Below, in pieces: positions 1 through 8,999 of a stretch of DNA of 64,000 nt (its first letter is position 1; every line of letters begins with the position of its first letter). The translations under genes and the position numbers were made by a program. The notes beneath the pieces were generated by a model. The model saw only the letters and a list, made by a program, of their open reading frames with translations, ran no database searches and was not told the DNA's origin. This stretch comes from Pirellulales bacterium (lineage in GTDB: Bacteria; Planctomycetota; Planctomycetia; Pirellulales; PALSA-1355). The DNA lies in the NCBI GenBank assembly GCA_022844125.1, contig JALHMI010000019.1:40359-104358 (forward strand), given 5' to 3'.

Positions 1-93
1 ATTCCCGAGGGCGCGACGGTCGTCGCCAATCGGTAGTCAATCGTAAATCACGAAACAAACATCGCCAATCGAATCCCAGGCAAGGTATTTAGG

Positions 94-3000
94 ATGAGCA
101 TGTACCGCAAGCTGACGATGGTCGTGACGTGCGGAGTCGCGCTGGCCCTGGCTGGCCAATTGGCTTCGGCCGAGCCAACCGAGAAACTGCCCGAGGGCAC
201 GCAGATCACGGCGCTCGAGGTGAATCCGCCCGAGATCAAGCTGGACGGTAAGTACGGTTACGTGCAAGCGATTGTCACCGCCACGCTGGCCGACGGCGCG
301 ACGCTCGACGTCTCGCGGATGGTCAGCGCCACGGTGGAAGGCGACATGGCGAGCGTCAGCGAATCGCTGCTGGTGCGTCCCACGGCCGATGGCGCCGGCA
401 AGCTCACGCTGTCCGTCGGCGGCAAGAGTGTCGACGTGCCGCTGGCCGTCAGTGGTCAGACCGGCGAATACGAAGCCAGCTTCGTTGGCGAAGTCATGCC
501 GGTGATGTCGAAGATGGGCTGTAACGCCGGCACCTGTCACGGTTCGCTGGCCGGCAAAGGAGGTTTCAAGCTTTCGCTCCGCGGTTACGACCCGCTCTAC
601 GATCATCGCGCTCTGACGGACGACGTCTCCAGCCGCCGCATCAACCGCGCCGCGCCCGATCAGAGCATGATGCTACTCAAGCCGGCGGGCGTGATTCCGC
701 ACGTGGGCGGCGTGCTGATGCAGCCGGGGCAGCCGTATTACGAAATCATTCGCTCGTGGATTGCCGGCGGGCTAAAGCTCGACCTCGATGCTCCGCGCGT
801 GACGTCGATCGACCTGTCTCCGAAGAACCCGATCGTGCCGCTGCCGGGCATGAAGCAGCAGATGAAGGTGCTGGCCACATACTCGGACGGCCGCGTGCGC
901 GACGTCACACTGGAAGCGTTCATCGAAAGCGGCAACACCGAAGTCGCTGAGCCGAACAAGACGGGCCTGATTTCGGTTGTTCGCCGCGGCGAAGCTCCGA
1001 TTCTCGCGCGCTTTGAAGGCGCTTACACCGCGACCACGATCACCGTGATGGGCGATCGCAGCGGCTTCGAGTGGAAGGGCATGCCGGCGAACAACAAGAT
1101 CGACGAGTTCGTGGCCAATAAGCTCCAGCGAGTGAAGACGCTGCCGAGCGAGCTCTCGAGCGATGCCGAGTTCATCCGCCGTGTCTCGCTCGACCTGGTC
1201 GGTTTGCCGCCGACGCCCGAAGAGGTCCGTGCGTTCCTCGCCGACGAGCGCGACACGAACGTGAAGCGGGCGGAACTGATCGATCGCCTGGTCGGCAGCG
1301 GCGACTATGTCGAGCTGTGGACGAACAAGTGGGCCGACTTGCTCCAGGTGAACCGCAAGTTCCTGGGCGAGGAAGGCGCGTTCGCCCTGCGCGGCTGGAT
1401 CAAGCAGGCGGTCTCCTCGAACATGCCGTACGACCAGATGGTGTACACGGTGCTGACGGCGAGCGGCTCGACGCTCGAGAATCCACCGGCGGCTTACTAC
1501 AAGGTGCTTCGCACTCCGCAAGAGCTGATGGAGAACACTACGCAGCTCTTCCTGGGCGTGCGTTTCAATTGCAACCAGTGCCACGACCATCCGTTCGAGC
1601 GCTGGACCCAAGGGCAATACTTCCACCTGGCCGCGTACTTCGCGCAGGTCGGTCGCAAGGCCGATCCCGTCGCGAGGGGCCAGGTGATCGGCGGCACGGC
1701 TGTCGAAGGCGGCACGCCGCTCGTCGAAGACATCTTCGACTCGGGCGCGGGCGAAGTCACGCACGGCGGCACAGGACAGCCGGCGGCCCCGTCGTTCCCC
1801 TATGAACACGGCGGCCAGGCCGGGGCCGACGCCTCGCGCCGCGAGCAACTTGCGCGCTGGGTCACCTCGAAAGAAAACCAGTACTTCGCCAAGAGCTATG
1901 TCAACCGTCTGTGGGGATACCTGTTCGGCCGCGGAATCATCGAGCCGATCGACGACATCCGGGCCGGCAACCCTCCGACGAATCCCGAGCTGCTGGACTA
2001 CTTGACCAAGGAGTTCATCGACAGCGGGTTCGACATGCAGCACGTGCTGAAGCTGATCTGCAATTCACGCACTTATCAGCTTTCGATCCAGACGAACCCC
2101 TACAACGAAGACGACACGATCAACTACTCGCACGCGGTTGCGCGGCGGCTGCCGGCCGAAGTGCTGTACGACACGATCCAGCAGGCGTGCGGTTCGGTGA
2201 GCAACCTGCCGGGCGTGCCGGCCGGTTATCGGGCCACGCAATTGCCGGACGTGGGCCTGACGCTGCCGAGCGGTTTCTTTGAGGTGTTCGGCCGCCCGGC
2301 TCGCGAGAGTGCGTGCGAATGCGAACGCAGCGACGGCATGATGCTCGGCCCCGTGATGACGCTGGTTAATGGTCCGACGATTGCCGACGCGATCGCCGAT
2401 CCGAATAACGCGATCACGAAGCTGGTGGCCACCGAAGCGGACGACGCCAAGCTGGTGAACGAGATTTTCTTGCGACTGCTCGCGCGTCCGGCCACGCCGG
2501 AGGAAGTCACGACCGGCATCGCCGCCCTGCATGCCAGCGCGTCCGACGTAATCGACCTGCAAAGCGAACTGCTGGAGCATCAGAAGAAAGTCGATGAAGC
2601 GCAAGCCGCTTGGGAGTCGAAACAAGCAGCTCCGGTGTGGGACACGCCGGCGCCGGCCAGCGCCGCTTCGAGCGCGGGCGCCAGCTTAGCCGTGCAGGCG
2701 GATCAGTCGATCAAGGTCGACGGCGCCAACGGCAAGGGAACCTACACCGTGACGATTCCGGTGCCGGCCGGTCCGCTCACGGCCTTGCGGTTGGAGCTGC
2801 TGGCGGATGACTCGCTGCCACAACGTGGACCGGGCCGCGCGATGAACGGCAACCTGGTGCTCTCTGAGCTCACCGCCACGATCGCGCCGCAGGTCGCTCC
2901 GGATCAGGTCAAGCCGATCGCATTCGGCAAAGCGACCTCGGACTTCAACCAGGACGGCTATCCAGTCACCTCGGCGATCGACGGAAATCCTGGTACCGGC

Positions 3001-3408
3001 TGGGCCGTGCTGCCGCAAAGTGGCAAAGACCACGTTGGGCTCTTCGAGTTCAAGGAGCCGCTCACGCTCGACGCGCCCGCAGTGCTGACCGTGACGCTCA
3101 ACCAGCAACACGACGACACGCACACCATCGGCAAGTTCCGGCTGGCGACGTCTTCGACGCCGTCGCCGGCTGCGGCGAGCAGCGTTCCGGAACCGATCGC
3201 AAAGATCCTGAGCACGAAGCCAGAGCTGCGCACGGTCGAGCAGCAGGCGGAACTGGCTGGCTATCACCGCTCGCTCGATACGAAGTGGATGCGGTTGAAC
3301 CAGGCCGTGAAGAGCGCCTCGGAGCAGCAGAAGAACGTGCGGCTCACTGGTGCGCAAGATCTGGCCTGGGCGCTGATTAACAGCCCGGCGTTTTTGTTCA
3401 ACCGCTAA
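94..3408 (+). CDS. secreted DUF1549/DUF1553 (PSCyt/PSD1-type) planctomycete protein with N-terminal Ig-like region
   Basis: 1104-aa ORF from ATG 94. Signal peptide MSMYRKLTMVVTCGVALALAGQLASA. Cys/His motifs GCNAGTCHGS and FNCNQCHDHPFERW are typical of DUF1549, followed by a long DUF1553-like remainder ending ...ALINSPAFLFNR. Family called from remembered motifs only. Confidence 0.85.
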   Translation: MSMYRKLTMVVTCGVALALAGQLASAEPTEKLPEGTQITALEVNPPEIKLDGKYGYVQAIVTATLADGATLDVSRMVSATVEGDMASVSESLLVRPTADGAGKLTLSVGGKSVDVPLAVSGQTGEYEASFVGEVMPVMSKMGCNAGTCHGSLAGKGGFKLSLRGYDPLYDHRALTDDVSSRRINRAAPDQSMMLLKPAGVIPHVGGVLMQPGQPYYEIIRSWIAGGLKLDLDAPRVTSIDLSPKNPIVPLPGMKQQMKVLATYSDGRVRDVTLEAFIESGNTEVAEPNKTGLISVVRRGEAPILARFEGAYTATTITVMGDRSGFEWKGMPANNKIDEFVANKLQRVKTLPSELSSDAEFIRRVSLDLVGLPPTPEEVRAFLADERDTNVKRAELIDRLVGSGDYVELWTNKWADLLQVNRKFLGEEGAFALRGWIKQAVSSNMPYDQMVYTVLTASGSTLENPPAAYYKVLRTPQELMENTTQLFLGVRFNCNQCHDHPFERWTQGQYFHLAAYFAQVGRKADPVARGQVIGGTAVEGGTPLVEDIFDSGAGEVTHGGTGQPAAPSFPYEHGGQAGADASRREQLARWVTSKENQYFAKSYVNRLWGYLFGRGIIEPIDDIRAGNPPTNPELLDYLTKEFIDSGFDMQHVLKLICNSRTYQLSIQTNPYNEDDTINYSHAVARRLPAEVLYDTIQQACGSVSNLPGVPAGYRATQLPDVGLTLPSGFFEVFGRPARESACECERSDGMMLGPVMTLVNGPTIADAIADPNNAITKLVATEADDAKLVNEIFLRLLARPATPEEVTTGIAALHASASDVIDLQSELLEHQKKVDEAQAAWESKQAAPVWDTPAPASAASSAGASLAVQADQSIKVDGANGKGTYTVTIPVPAGPLTALRLELLADDSLPQRGPGRAMNGNLVLSELTATIAPQVAPDQVKPIAFGKATSDFNQDGYPVTSAIDGNPGTGWAVLPQSGKDHVGLFEFKEPLTLDAPAVLTVTLNQQHDDTHTIGKFRLATSSTPSPAAASSVPEPIAKILSTKPELRTVEQQAELAGYHRSLDTKWMRLNQAVKSASEQQKNVRLTGAQDLAWALINSPAFLFNR

Positions 3409-3427
3409 GGTAAGTGAATGCATTCGA

Positions 3428-3463
3428 GGGTGCCACAGGTGGCCGCGTGGCGGCTCACCTGTG
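3428..3463. repeat. REP-like 36-bp hairpin element GGGTGCCACAGGTGGCCGCGTGGCGGCTCACCTGTG
   Basis: 100% identical to 63164-63199. Stem CACAGGTG(GCCGC)...(GCGGC)TCACCTGTG. Lies 20 nt after the stop of the DUF1549/1553 gene. Confidence 0.9.
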
Positions 3464-3514
3464 CTCGTCTCGAAATCTCAGCACAGCTTGAGAGGCGGGC
3501 TCATTTAGGCGGCG

Positions 3515-3552
3515 ACGTGCACCGGTGACCGCTCCGCAGCACCGGTGGCACC
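3515..3552. repeat. diverged copy of the same REP-like element in inverted orientation
   Basis: CGTGCACCGGTGACCGCTCCGCAGCACCGGTGGCACCC. Its reverse complement shares GGGTGCCAC-GGTG...TCACC-GTG with the 3428 copy. Confidence 0.7.
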
Positions 3553-3745
3553 CGTTGGCACCTGAGCGAGCCTGCCCGGTAGACTTCATCACACCGCCGG
3601 TCGAACATCGCGCTGCCCCGGTTTCCTTTGGCCAGGCAGCCGGTTAGGATGACGAAGCGATCGCGGTTTCCCCTCTGCCCCCAGCTTGTGGCACGCGTCG
3701 CTCTCGCTTTCTTGTTTTGCGATCACTCCGGTCGGCTCCGCACCT

Positions 3746-4636
3746 GTGTACGTCGAAACCCACTCACTCACCAAGTCGTACGGCAACTTCACCGCGCTGG
3801 ATCGCTTCAGCTTTGGCGTCGCGCGCGGCGAGGTCGTGGGCCTGCTCGGTCCGAACGGCGCGGGGAAGACCACGCTCCTCAGGACGCTGATGGGTTTTCT
3901 CAAGCCCACCAGCGGTCGCGCACTGATTGACGGACTGGATTGCTACCGGCAATCTTTTGAAGTGCACAGGCGAGTCTCGTACTTGCCGGGCGATGCGCGG
4001 TTGTTTCGCACGATGCGGGCCCGCGAGGTGATCGACTTCTTCACCACCGTGCGCCGCGACGGTAGCCTGGCGCGGGCGGAAAAGCTGGCCTACGACCGCT
4101 TCGGCCTGGATCCGCTGCGCCCGGTGACGGCCATGTCGACCGGCATGCGGCAGAAGCTCGCCCTGGCCGTGACGCTGGCGGTCGACACGCCGCTGGTGAT
4201 TCTCGACGAACCGACTTCGAATCTCGACCCGACGATGCGGGCCGACGTCGCGGCGCTCGTTGCCGAGGCGAAGAGCGCGGGCCGAACGGTGATCTTTTCC
4301 TCGCATGTGATCAGCGAAGCCGAGCAGGTTTGTGATCGAGCGATCATCCTGCGCGGCGGCACGCTGGTGCACACGCAAACCTTGTCGGAACTCAAGCGCA
4401 AGCATCGGATCCGCGCGCAGCTCACCGGTCCGCTGCCGCCGCTGCCAGAAGGTCTTGGTGGCCAGGTGAGCCTGACGCACGGCGTGGCAGGCGATCTGCT
4501 GATCGAGACACCCGGCGAGCTTTCGGGCATGCTGGGGTGGCTGGCGACGCTGCCTCTGGCCGAAGTGCGGATTGAACCCGTGGGGCTCGGCGCGCTGTAT
4601 GAGCAGTTCCATCCGTTTGAAGTTGCGCAGGATTGA
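3746..4636 (+). CDS. ABC transporter ATP-binding protein
   Basis: Walker A GPNGAGKTT, signature-like STGMRQKLALA, Walker B LVILDEPTSNLD, H-loop SSHV. The ORF opens at TTG 3686, but GTG 3746 gives the usual MYVETHSLTKSYG N-terminus, so the start is uncertain. Confidence 0.85.
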   Translation: MYVETHSLTKSYGNFTALDRFSFGVARGEVVGLLGPNGAGKTTLLRTLMGFLKPTSGRALIDGLDCYRQSFEVHRRVSYLPGDARLFRTMRAREVIDFFTTVRRDGSLARAEKLAYDRFGLDPLRPVTAMSTGMRQKLALAVTLAVDTPLVILDEPTSNLDPTMRADVAALVAEAKSAGRTVIFSSHVISEAEQVCDRAIILRGGTLVHTQTLSELKRKHRIRAQLTGPLPPLPEGLGGQVSLTHGVAGDLLIETPGELSGMLGWLATLPLAEVRIEPVGLGALYEQFHPFEVAQD

Positions 4637-4766
4637 ATGACATCTCAACCCGACGCGTAAGTGAGGCGAAGTACCGAATCGCTCGACAATCCCTCCTCGC
4701 GTCACGCGTCGGGTTATGATGCGAGCACCCGACAGTTAATCTTTCGCACGTAGCGACCTTGCAACA

Positions 4767-5624
4767 ATGAACCGAGCCCTGTGGAAAAAGACGATCCTCG
4801 AATCGCGCTGGCTGCTCGCGGGCGGCGCGGTGTTCATGTTCGCAGTGCAGTGGCTGCGGGTGTGGATTGCCAGTTTCTTCAGTGTCCAGTCGATGGAGGG
4901 CATCTTCAGCTTCATGCCGGTCGAGGTCGAAGGGCTGCTGCCGGTGAGTTACTCGCAGATGGCCACCACGGCCGGGCGAATCGCGATCGGTTACGACGAT
5001 CCGATTGTGCTGCTGCTGGTGACCGTGTGGGCGGTGGCGCGCGGCAGCGACACGATCAGCGGAGAACTGAATCGCGGCACGATGGAGATGGTGCTGGCGC
5101 AGCCCGTCACGCGGTTGGGCGTCTTGTTCTCGCAAGGCGTGTGGACGATCGTGGGCGGGGCGGTGCTGTGCGGCGCCGCCCTACTGGGCACGTTCGTGGG
5201 GCTACAGACGATCACGCTCGATCAGCCGGCCGAGTTTCGGCTGTTCGTTCCGGCGGCCCTCAACTTGTTTGCCATCACTGTGTTTCTAGCTGGACTAAGC
5301 ACGCTGGTTTCGTCGCTTACGAATTATCGCGCACGAACGATCGGAATCGTGGGCGGAATTTATGCCGTGTCGATGGTGCTGAAGATCATCGGCCGCGCGG
5401 CCAAGGGCTGGGAGTGGCTCACTTACACCTCGTTCTTTACGCCGTTCGAGCCGCAATTGCTGGTGGGGGTGCGCAATCGGGCCTGGACCTTCTGGATCGA
5501 ATCGGGCGATTCGTTCGCGCTCGGCGGGCTGGGCTATGACAGCATCCTGATCGGCCTGGGGCTCGCGTTTTACATAGTGGCCGCCGTCGTGTTCTGCCGG
5601 CGCGATCTGCCTGCGCCGCTCTGA
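4767..5624 (+). CDS. ABC-2-type transporter permease (multi-pass membrane protein)
   Basis: 285-aa ORF 130 nt downstream of the ATPase with about six hydrophobic helices (e.g. WLLAGGAVFMFAVQWLRVWIASFF, LFVPAALNLFAITVFLAGLSTLVSSL). Family assigned from context. Confidence 0.7.
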   Translation: MNRALWKKTILESRWLLAGGAVFMFAVQWLRVWIASFFSVQSMEGIFSFMPVEVEGLLPVSYSQMATTAGRIAIGYDDPIVLLLVTVWAVARGSDTISGELNRGTMEMVLAQPVTRLGVLFSQGVWTIVGGAVLCGAALLGTFVGLQTITLDQPAEFRLFVPAALNLFAITVFLAGLSTLVSSLTNYRARTIGIVGGIYAVSMVLKIIGRAAKGWEWLTYTSFFTPFEPQLLVGVRNRAWTFWIESGDSFALGGLGYDSILIGLGLAFYIVAAVVFCRRDLPAPL

Positions 5625-5800
5625 TCAGCGAATGCACATCTGGCTGCGCGGTCCCGAATTTGCAGTGTGGACCGCTACCGGGCGGCATCTATGATGCACT
5701 TTGCCCGGCCCGTAACTCGCATGGCATCGTTTGGCGGTTGGCGTCATAATGCCCCCCACTTTTCCGCGGCGTCCTTCGTGTGTTCTACAAAGGAGCAGTC

Positions 5801-7441
5801 ATGCTTCACCTCGGCATCCGCCAGCAGTCGTTTCGCGTTTTGAGTTGGGCTCTTCTCGTGTCGCTGGTATTTGGTGCGGCCCGTGCCGATGAACCGAGCA
5901 CTGCCGAGGGCGACAAGCCGGCGGCAGAAAAACCGGCGGGCGAGGCCCTGCTGCAAGAAGCCATGGACGCCAAGCTGGGAGCCGAAAGCCTTTCGGACCT
6001 GAACCGCGCGATCAAGCTCAGCCAGGACGCGATCGAAGCGGGACTGCCCGAAACCGAAGTCAAATTCGCCAATGAGCTTTTGGCCAGCACCTTGAGTCAG
6101 CGGGCCGAGCTAATCTGCCACGAGCTGTTCGAAACGCCGGTCACGCCGCACCGCGGGCAGGCGCTCCTGCGGATGGCGCTCTCGGACCTGGAAAAATCCG
6201 TGAAGCTGAACGCCGAACAGCCGCAGGCGCAGTACCTGCTGGGGCGGTTGTATGCTCACCTGGCCGAACCGGCCAAGGCGAAGGAAGCGCTTGATCAGGC
6301 GATCCGCCTTTCGGACAGCGACCCCAACATGAAGGGGAAGGCGCTGGTGATTCGTGCGGGCTTGCAGAAAGATCCGGCCGCGCGGCAAGCCGATTTTGAT
6401 GAGGCCGTAAAGCTCGCCCCCCAGGAAGCGGACGCCCTGCGATTTCGTGGGATGCACTACCTGACCGAGAACAAGCTTTCCGAAGCGATTGCCGATTTCA
6501 ACGCCGCGATCGCCATTGAACCGGATGATGCGGAAACCTACGAAGCACGCGGGATGGCCGAAGCTGCTTCCGAAAAGCTCGACGAATCCATCGCCAGTTT
6601 TACCAAGGCCATCGAACTGGAACCGAAATCTCCCGGCGCCCTGACGGCGCGGGCCCGCGTGCGAGCGATTCAGGGAGACCTGAAACTGGCCCTTGCGGAC
6701 GTGGAAGAAGCGATGAAGTTGCGGCCGAATTCGCAGGCCCTGCTGCTACATGCCAGCTTGCTGGCCGCCAGCGGAAAGTTCGAGCAAGCCCTGGGCGAGC
6801 TGAACGTGCTGCGGCAGGTGATGCCCGACAGCCCCGAGGTTCTGCTCCAGATCGCGGCAGTCTATCAAGCTTCGCAGCAGACTGAAAAAGCGATCGAAAC
6901 GTACACGCACTTGATTGTCGTCGATCCGCAGAATGTTTCGGCGTTCCGCGGCCGGGCGGATGCGCATCTGAGCCAGGGTCGGCAGGCCGAGGCGGTGGCC
7001 GACTACGAAGCAGCGCTGCGGTTCGATTCGAACAATAGCGGCGTGCTCAACAACCTGGCCTGGGTTCTGGCCACTTCGCCCCAGGACGAACTGCGCGACG
7101 GCAAACGGGCCATCGAACTGGCCGAACAGGCTTGCAAGGTGACCGACTACAAGCAAGCCCACATCTTGAGCACGCTCGCCGCCGGATATGCCGAGACGGG
7201 CGATTTCGATGCGGCCACCAAGTGGTCGCAGCAGGCCGTCGATCTTGGCGCCGACGCGATGAAGGGCCAGCTCGCCAAGGAACTCGACAGCTACCGGCAG
7301 AAGAAGCCGTGGCGTGAGGAGACTCCGCCCACGGGCGCGGAGGAAGCGCCGCCCGTCGACAGCACGGCACAACCAGCCCCGCCGCTACCGGATCCGGCGC
7401 CGGCTCAGGCCGAGAACGGTCGCAGCAAGCGGATCGAATAA
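5801..7441 (+). CDS. secreted tetratricopeptide (TPR) repeat protein
   Basis: ATG 5801 is preceded by AAGGAG. Signal peptide MLHLGIRQQSFRVLSWALLVSLVFGAARA. Many 34-aa TPR-like units (e.g. YEARGMAEAASEKLDESIASFTKAIELEPKSP, AFRGRADAHLSQGRQAEAVADYEAALRFDSNN). The ORF track starts 21 nt earlier. Confidence 0.8.
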   Translation: MLHLGIRQQSFRVLSWALLVSLVFGAARADEPSTAEGDKPAAEKPAGEALLQEAMDAKLGAESLSDLNRAIKLSQDAIEAGLPETEVKFANELLASTLSQRAELICHELFETPVTPHRGQALLRMALSDLEKSVKLNAEQPQAQYLLGRLYAHLAEPAKAKEALDQAIRLSDSDPNMKGKALVIRAGLQKDPAARQADFDEAVKLAPQEADALRFRGMHYLTENKLSEAIADFNAAIAIEPDDAETYEARGMAEAASEKLDESIASFTKAIELEPKSPGALTARARVRAIQGDLKLALADVEEAMKLRPNSQALLLHASLLAASGKFEQALGELNVLRQVMPDSPEVLLQIAAVYQASQQTEKAIETYTHLIVVDPQNVSAFRGRADAHLSQGRQAEAVADYEAALRFDSNNSGVLNNLAWVLATSPQDELRDGKRAIELAEQACKVTDYKQAHILSTLAAGYAETGDFDAATKWSQQAVDLGADAMKGQLAKELDSYRQKKPWREETPPTGAEEAPPVDSTAQPAPPLPDPAPAQAENGRSKRIE

Positions 7442-7446
7442 ACGCC

Positions 7447-8016
7447 ATGGATCGCCAGGCGGCGTGGCAACTCGTTTGTAAGTACACCCAGGGCGATAGC
7501 CTGCGCAAGCACATGCTGGCGGTCGAAACGGCGATGCGCTCGTACGCCGCCCGCTTCGGCGAAGACGTCGAGACGTTCGGCATCGTTGGCCTGCTGCACG
7601 ACTTCGACTACGAGCGCTGGTCGAACCCGCCCGATCACCCGCTCCAAGGCGCGGCGATTCTCGCCCAGCAGGGATATCCGGAGCACGTGATCTACGCGAT
7701 CAAGTCGCACGCCGACTACCTGCCGGATTGTCCGCGGGTGTCGCTCTTGGACAAGACGCTGTATGCCTGCGACGAGCTGTCGGGCTTTATCACGGCCTGT
7801 GCCAAGGTGCGGCCCGAGGGGATCATCGGGATGAAAGCTTCGAGCGTGAAGAAGAAGCTCAAGGCGAAAGGCTTTGCGGCGGCGGTGAATCGCGAGGACA
7901 TCACGCGCGGCGCAGCCGACCTGGGCATCGAGCTCGACGAGCACATTCAGTTCGTGATCGACGCGCTCGAGGCCAATGGCGCGGCGCTGGACCTGCTACC
8001 GACCTCACACGGCTAA
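7447..8016 (+). CDS. HD-domain (HDIG-like) phosphohydrolase
   Basis: 189-aa ORF with a His...HD signature (LRKHMLAVE ... GLLHDFDYERW) and a later HADY. Starts 6 nt after the TPR gene stop. Confidence 0.75.
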   Translation: MDRQAAWQLVCKYTQGDSLRKHMLAVETAMRSYAARFGEDVETFGIVGLLHDFDYERWSNPPDHPLQGAAILAQQGYPEHVIYAIKSHADYLPDCPRVSLLDKTLYACDELSGFITACAKVRPEGIIGMKASSVKKKLKAKGFAAAVNREDITRGAADLGIELDEHIQFVIDALEANGAALDLLPTSHG

Positions 8017-8039
8017 AAGCGGTCCCGGCACCATGTGTT

Positions 8040-8067
8040 GAAAACGGCGCCAGGTACCGTTTTTATT
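8040..8067. terminator. possible bidirectional terminator between convergent genes
   Basis: AAAACGG-N9-CCGTTTT hairpin flanked by an A-run and a T-run, between the HD gene stop (8016) and the stop of the minus-strand small gene (8063). Confidence 0.4.
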
Positions 8068-8377
8068 CGGCTTGCTTGTTGACCTTCTTGCCGTTGCCGA
8101 CCGTGCCCACTTGAGCATCGACGACTGTGATCTTGCCGTCGGCGGCGACCGTGATTTCCTTGCCGGCCTTCATCAGCTCGCGCAGGTGCTGGATCGTCCC
8201 TTTGGTGATCTTCATCCGGGTAGGCGCGCCAATCAGGCCACCTTCCGACTTAACGGCTTCGAACTTCAGCTCGGTGAGGCCGCCCTCGACGATGGCCTGC
8301 GTTTCCGAGATGTAGTAGGCGGCGCCAAACAGCATCACGCAACTGGCAGCCGCGGCAATCGACAGGGTACGTTTCAT
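8063..8377 (-). CDS. small secreted hypothetical protein
   Basis: Start ATG 8377 has GGAG 9 nt upstream. Signal-like N-terminus MKRTLSIAAAASCVMLFGAAYY. No recognisable domain. The longer ORF-track start (8434) is unsupported. Confidence 0.55.
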   Translation of the reverse strand: MKRTLSIAAAASCVMLFGAAYYISETQAIVEGGLTELKFEAVKSEGGLIGAPTRMKITKGTIQHLRELMKAGKEITVAADGKITVVDAQVGTVGNGKKVNKQAE

Positions 8378-8487
8378 GGTTCGCAACTCCAGCGAAAGTT
8401 TGCGGTAGGGGAATATGGCCGGGCGGTAAACCACCTTGCGGCATGATCAAGCGTAGCTTGCGGTGCTTGGATTGGGATCGCGGAAAA

Positions 8488-8512
8488 GAGCCCCCCGGCA
8501 AAGCCGAGGGCT
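8488..8512. repeat. dispersed hairpin element, slightly degenerate copy of the CCGGCAAAGCCGG family
   Basis: GAGCCCCCCGGCAAAGCCGAGGGCT in the intergenic spacer downstream of the minus-strand membrane-protein gene. Confidence 0.7.
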
Positions 8513-8545
8513 ATCGGGGACGACCACAAATATCGCCATCGCTGC

Positions 8546-8950
8546 TCACAGCCCCCGCTCACCCGCGATCCGATACACCCGGCGGATGATCAGCCAGAAA
8601 AACGGCAAGTACACGATGTCGCTGAACAGCAGGATCACGAAGAAGATCGGCGGCATCTTGCCGAGGAGCACGTAACCCGTGCCCAGAAACGTGCCGAACA
8701 GCTTGCTCAGGAAGCCCAGCATCAGCAGGTCGCGATTGCGAATCGGGTGGAAGGCCACGCGCCAGTAGCCCACGCCGAACAGCGCGACCAGAATGCCCAC
8801 GAGCTGCACGTACATGATCAGGCTGGGCTTCGGCAGGCCGAAGAACTTGAACATCTCGTGGTAGAAGATCGAGAGGTTGATGCCCACCAGCAGGTTGTAG
8901 CAACCCGCGAACATCAATAGCTTGCGCATCCAGGGCTTCAGCGGATCCAT
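8546..8950 (-). CDS. hypothetical integral membrane protein (about 4 TM)
   Basis: 134-aa ORF with AAGGAG 7 nt upstream of ATG 8950. Hydrophobic helices (LLMFAGCYNLLVGINLSIFY, IMYVQLVGILVALFGVGYW, PIFFVILLFSDIVYLPFFWLII). Lies 49 nt downstream of cysI on the same strand. Confidence 0.65.
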   Translation of the reverse strand: MDPLKPWMRKLLMFAGCYNLLVGINLSIFYHEMFKFFGLPKPSLIMYVQLVGILVALFGVGYWRVAFHPIRNRDLLMLGFLSKLFGTFLGTGYVLLGKMPPIFFVILLFSDIVYLPFFWLIIRRVYRIAGERGL

Positions 8951-8999
8951 GAGAACTCCTTTTCTCGAATCCCGTCGGTCGCAAGCGGCGGGCGCTGGC

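Noticed and set aside
1-36. Possible 3' end of an upstream plus-strand gene (reads IPEGATVVANR then a stop)
   Set aside because: Only 11 codons are visible, which is too short to support any call.
772-2043. 423-aa minus-strand ORF, and similar long antisense ORFs at 12628-14088, 9576-10790, 23152-24201, 28444-29049 and 61801-62751
   Set aside because: All lie antisense to genes with clear family motifs and have the typical GC-rich shadow-frame composition.
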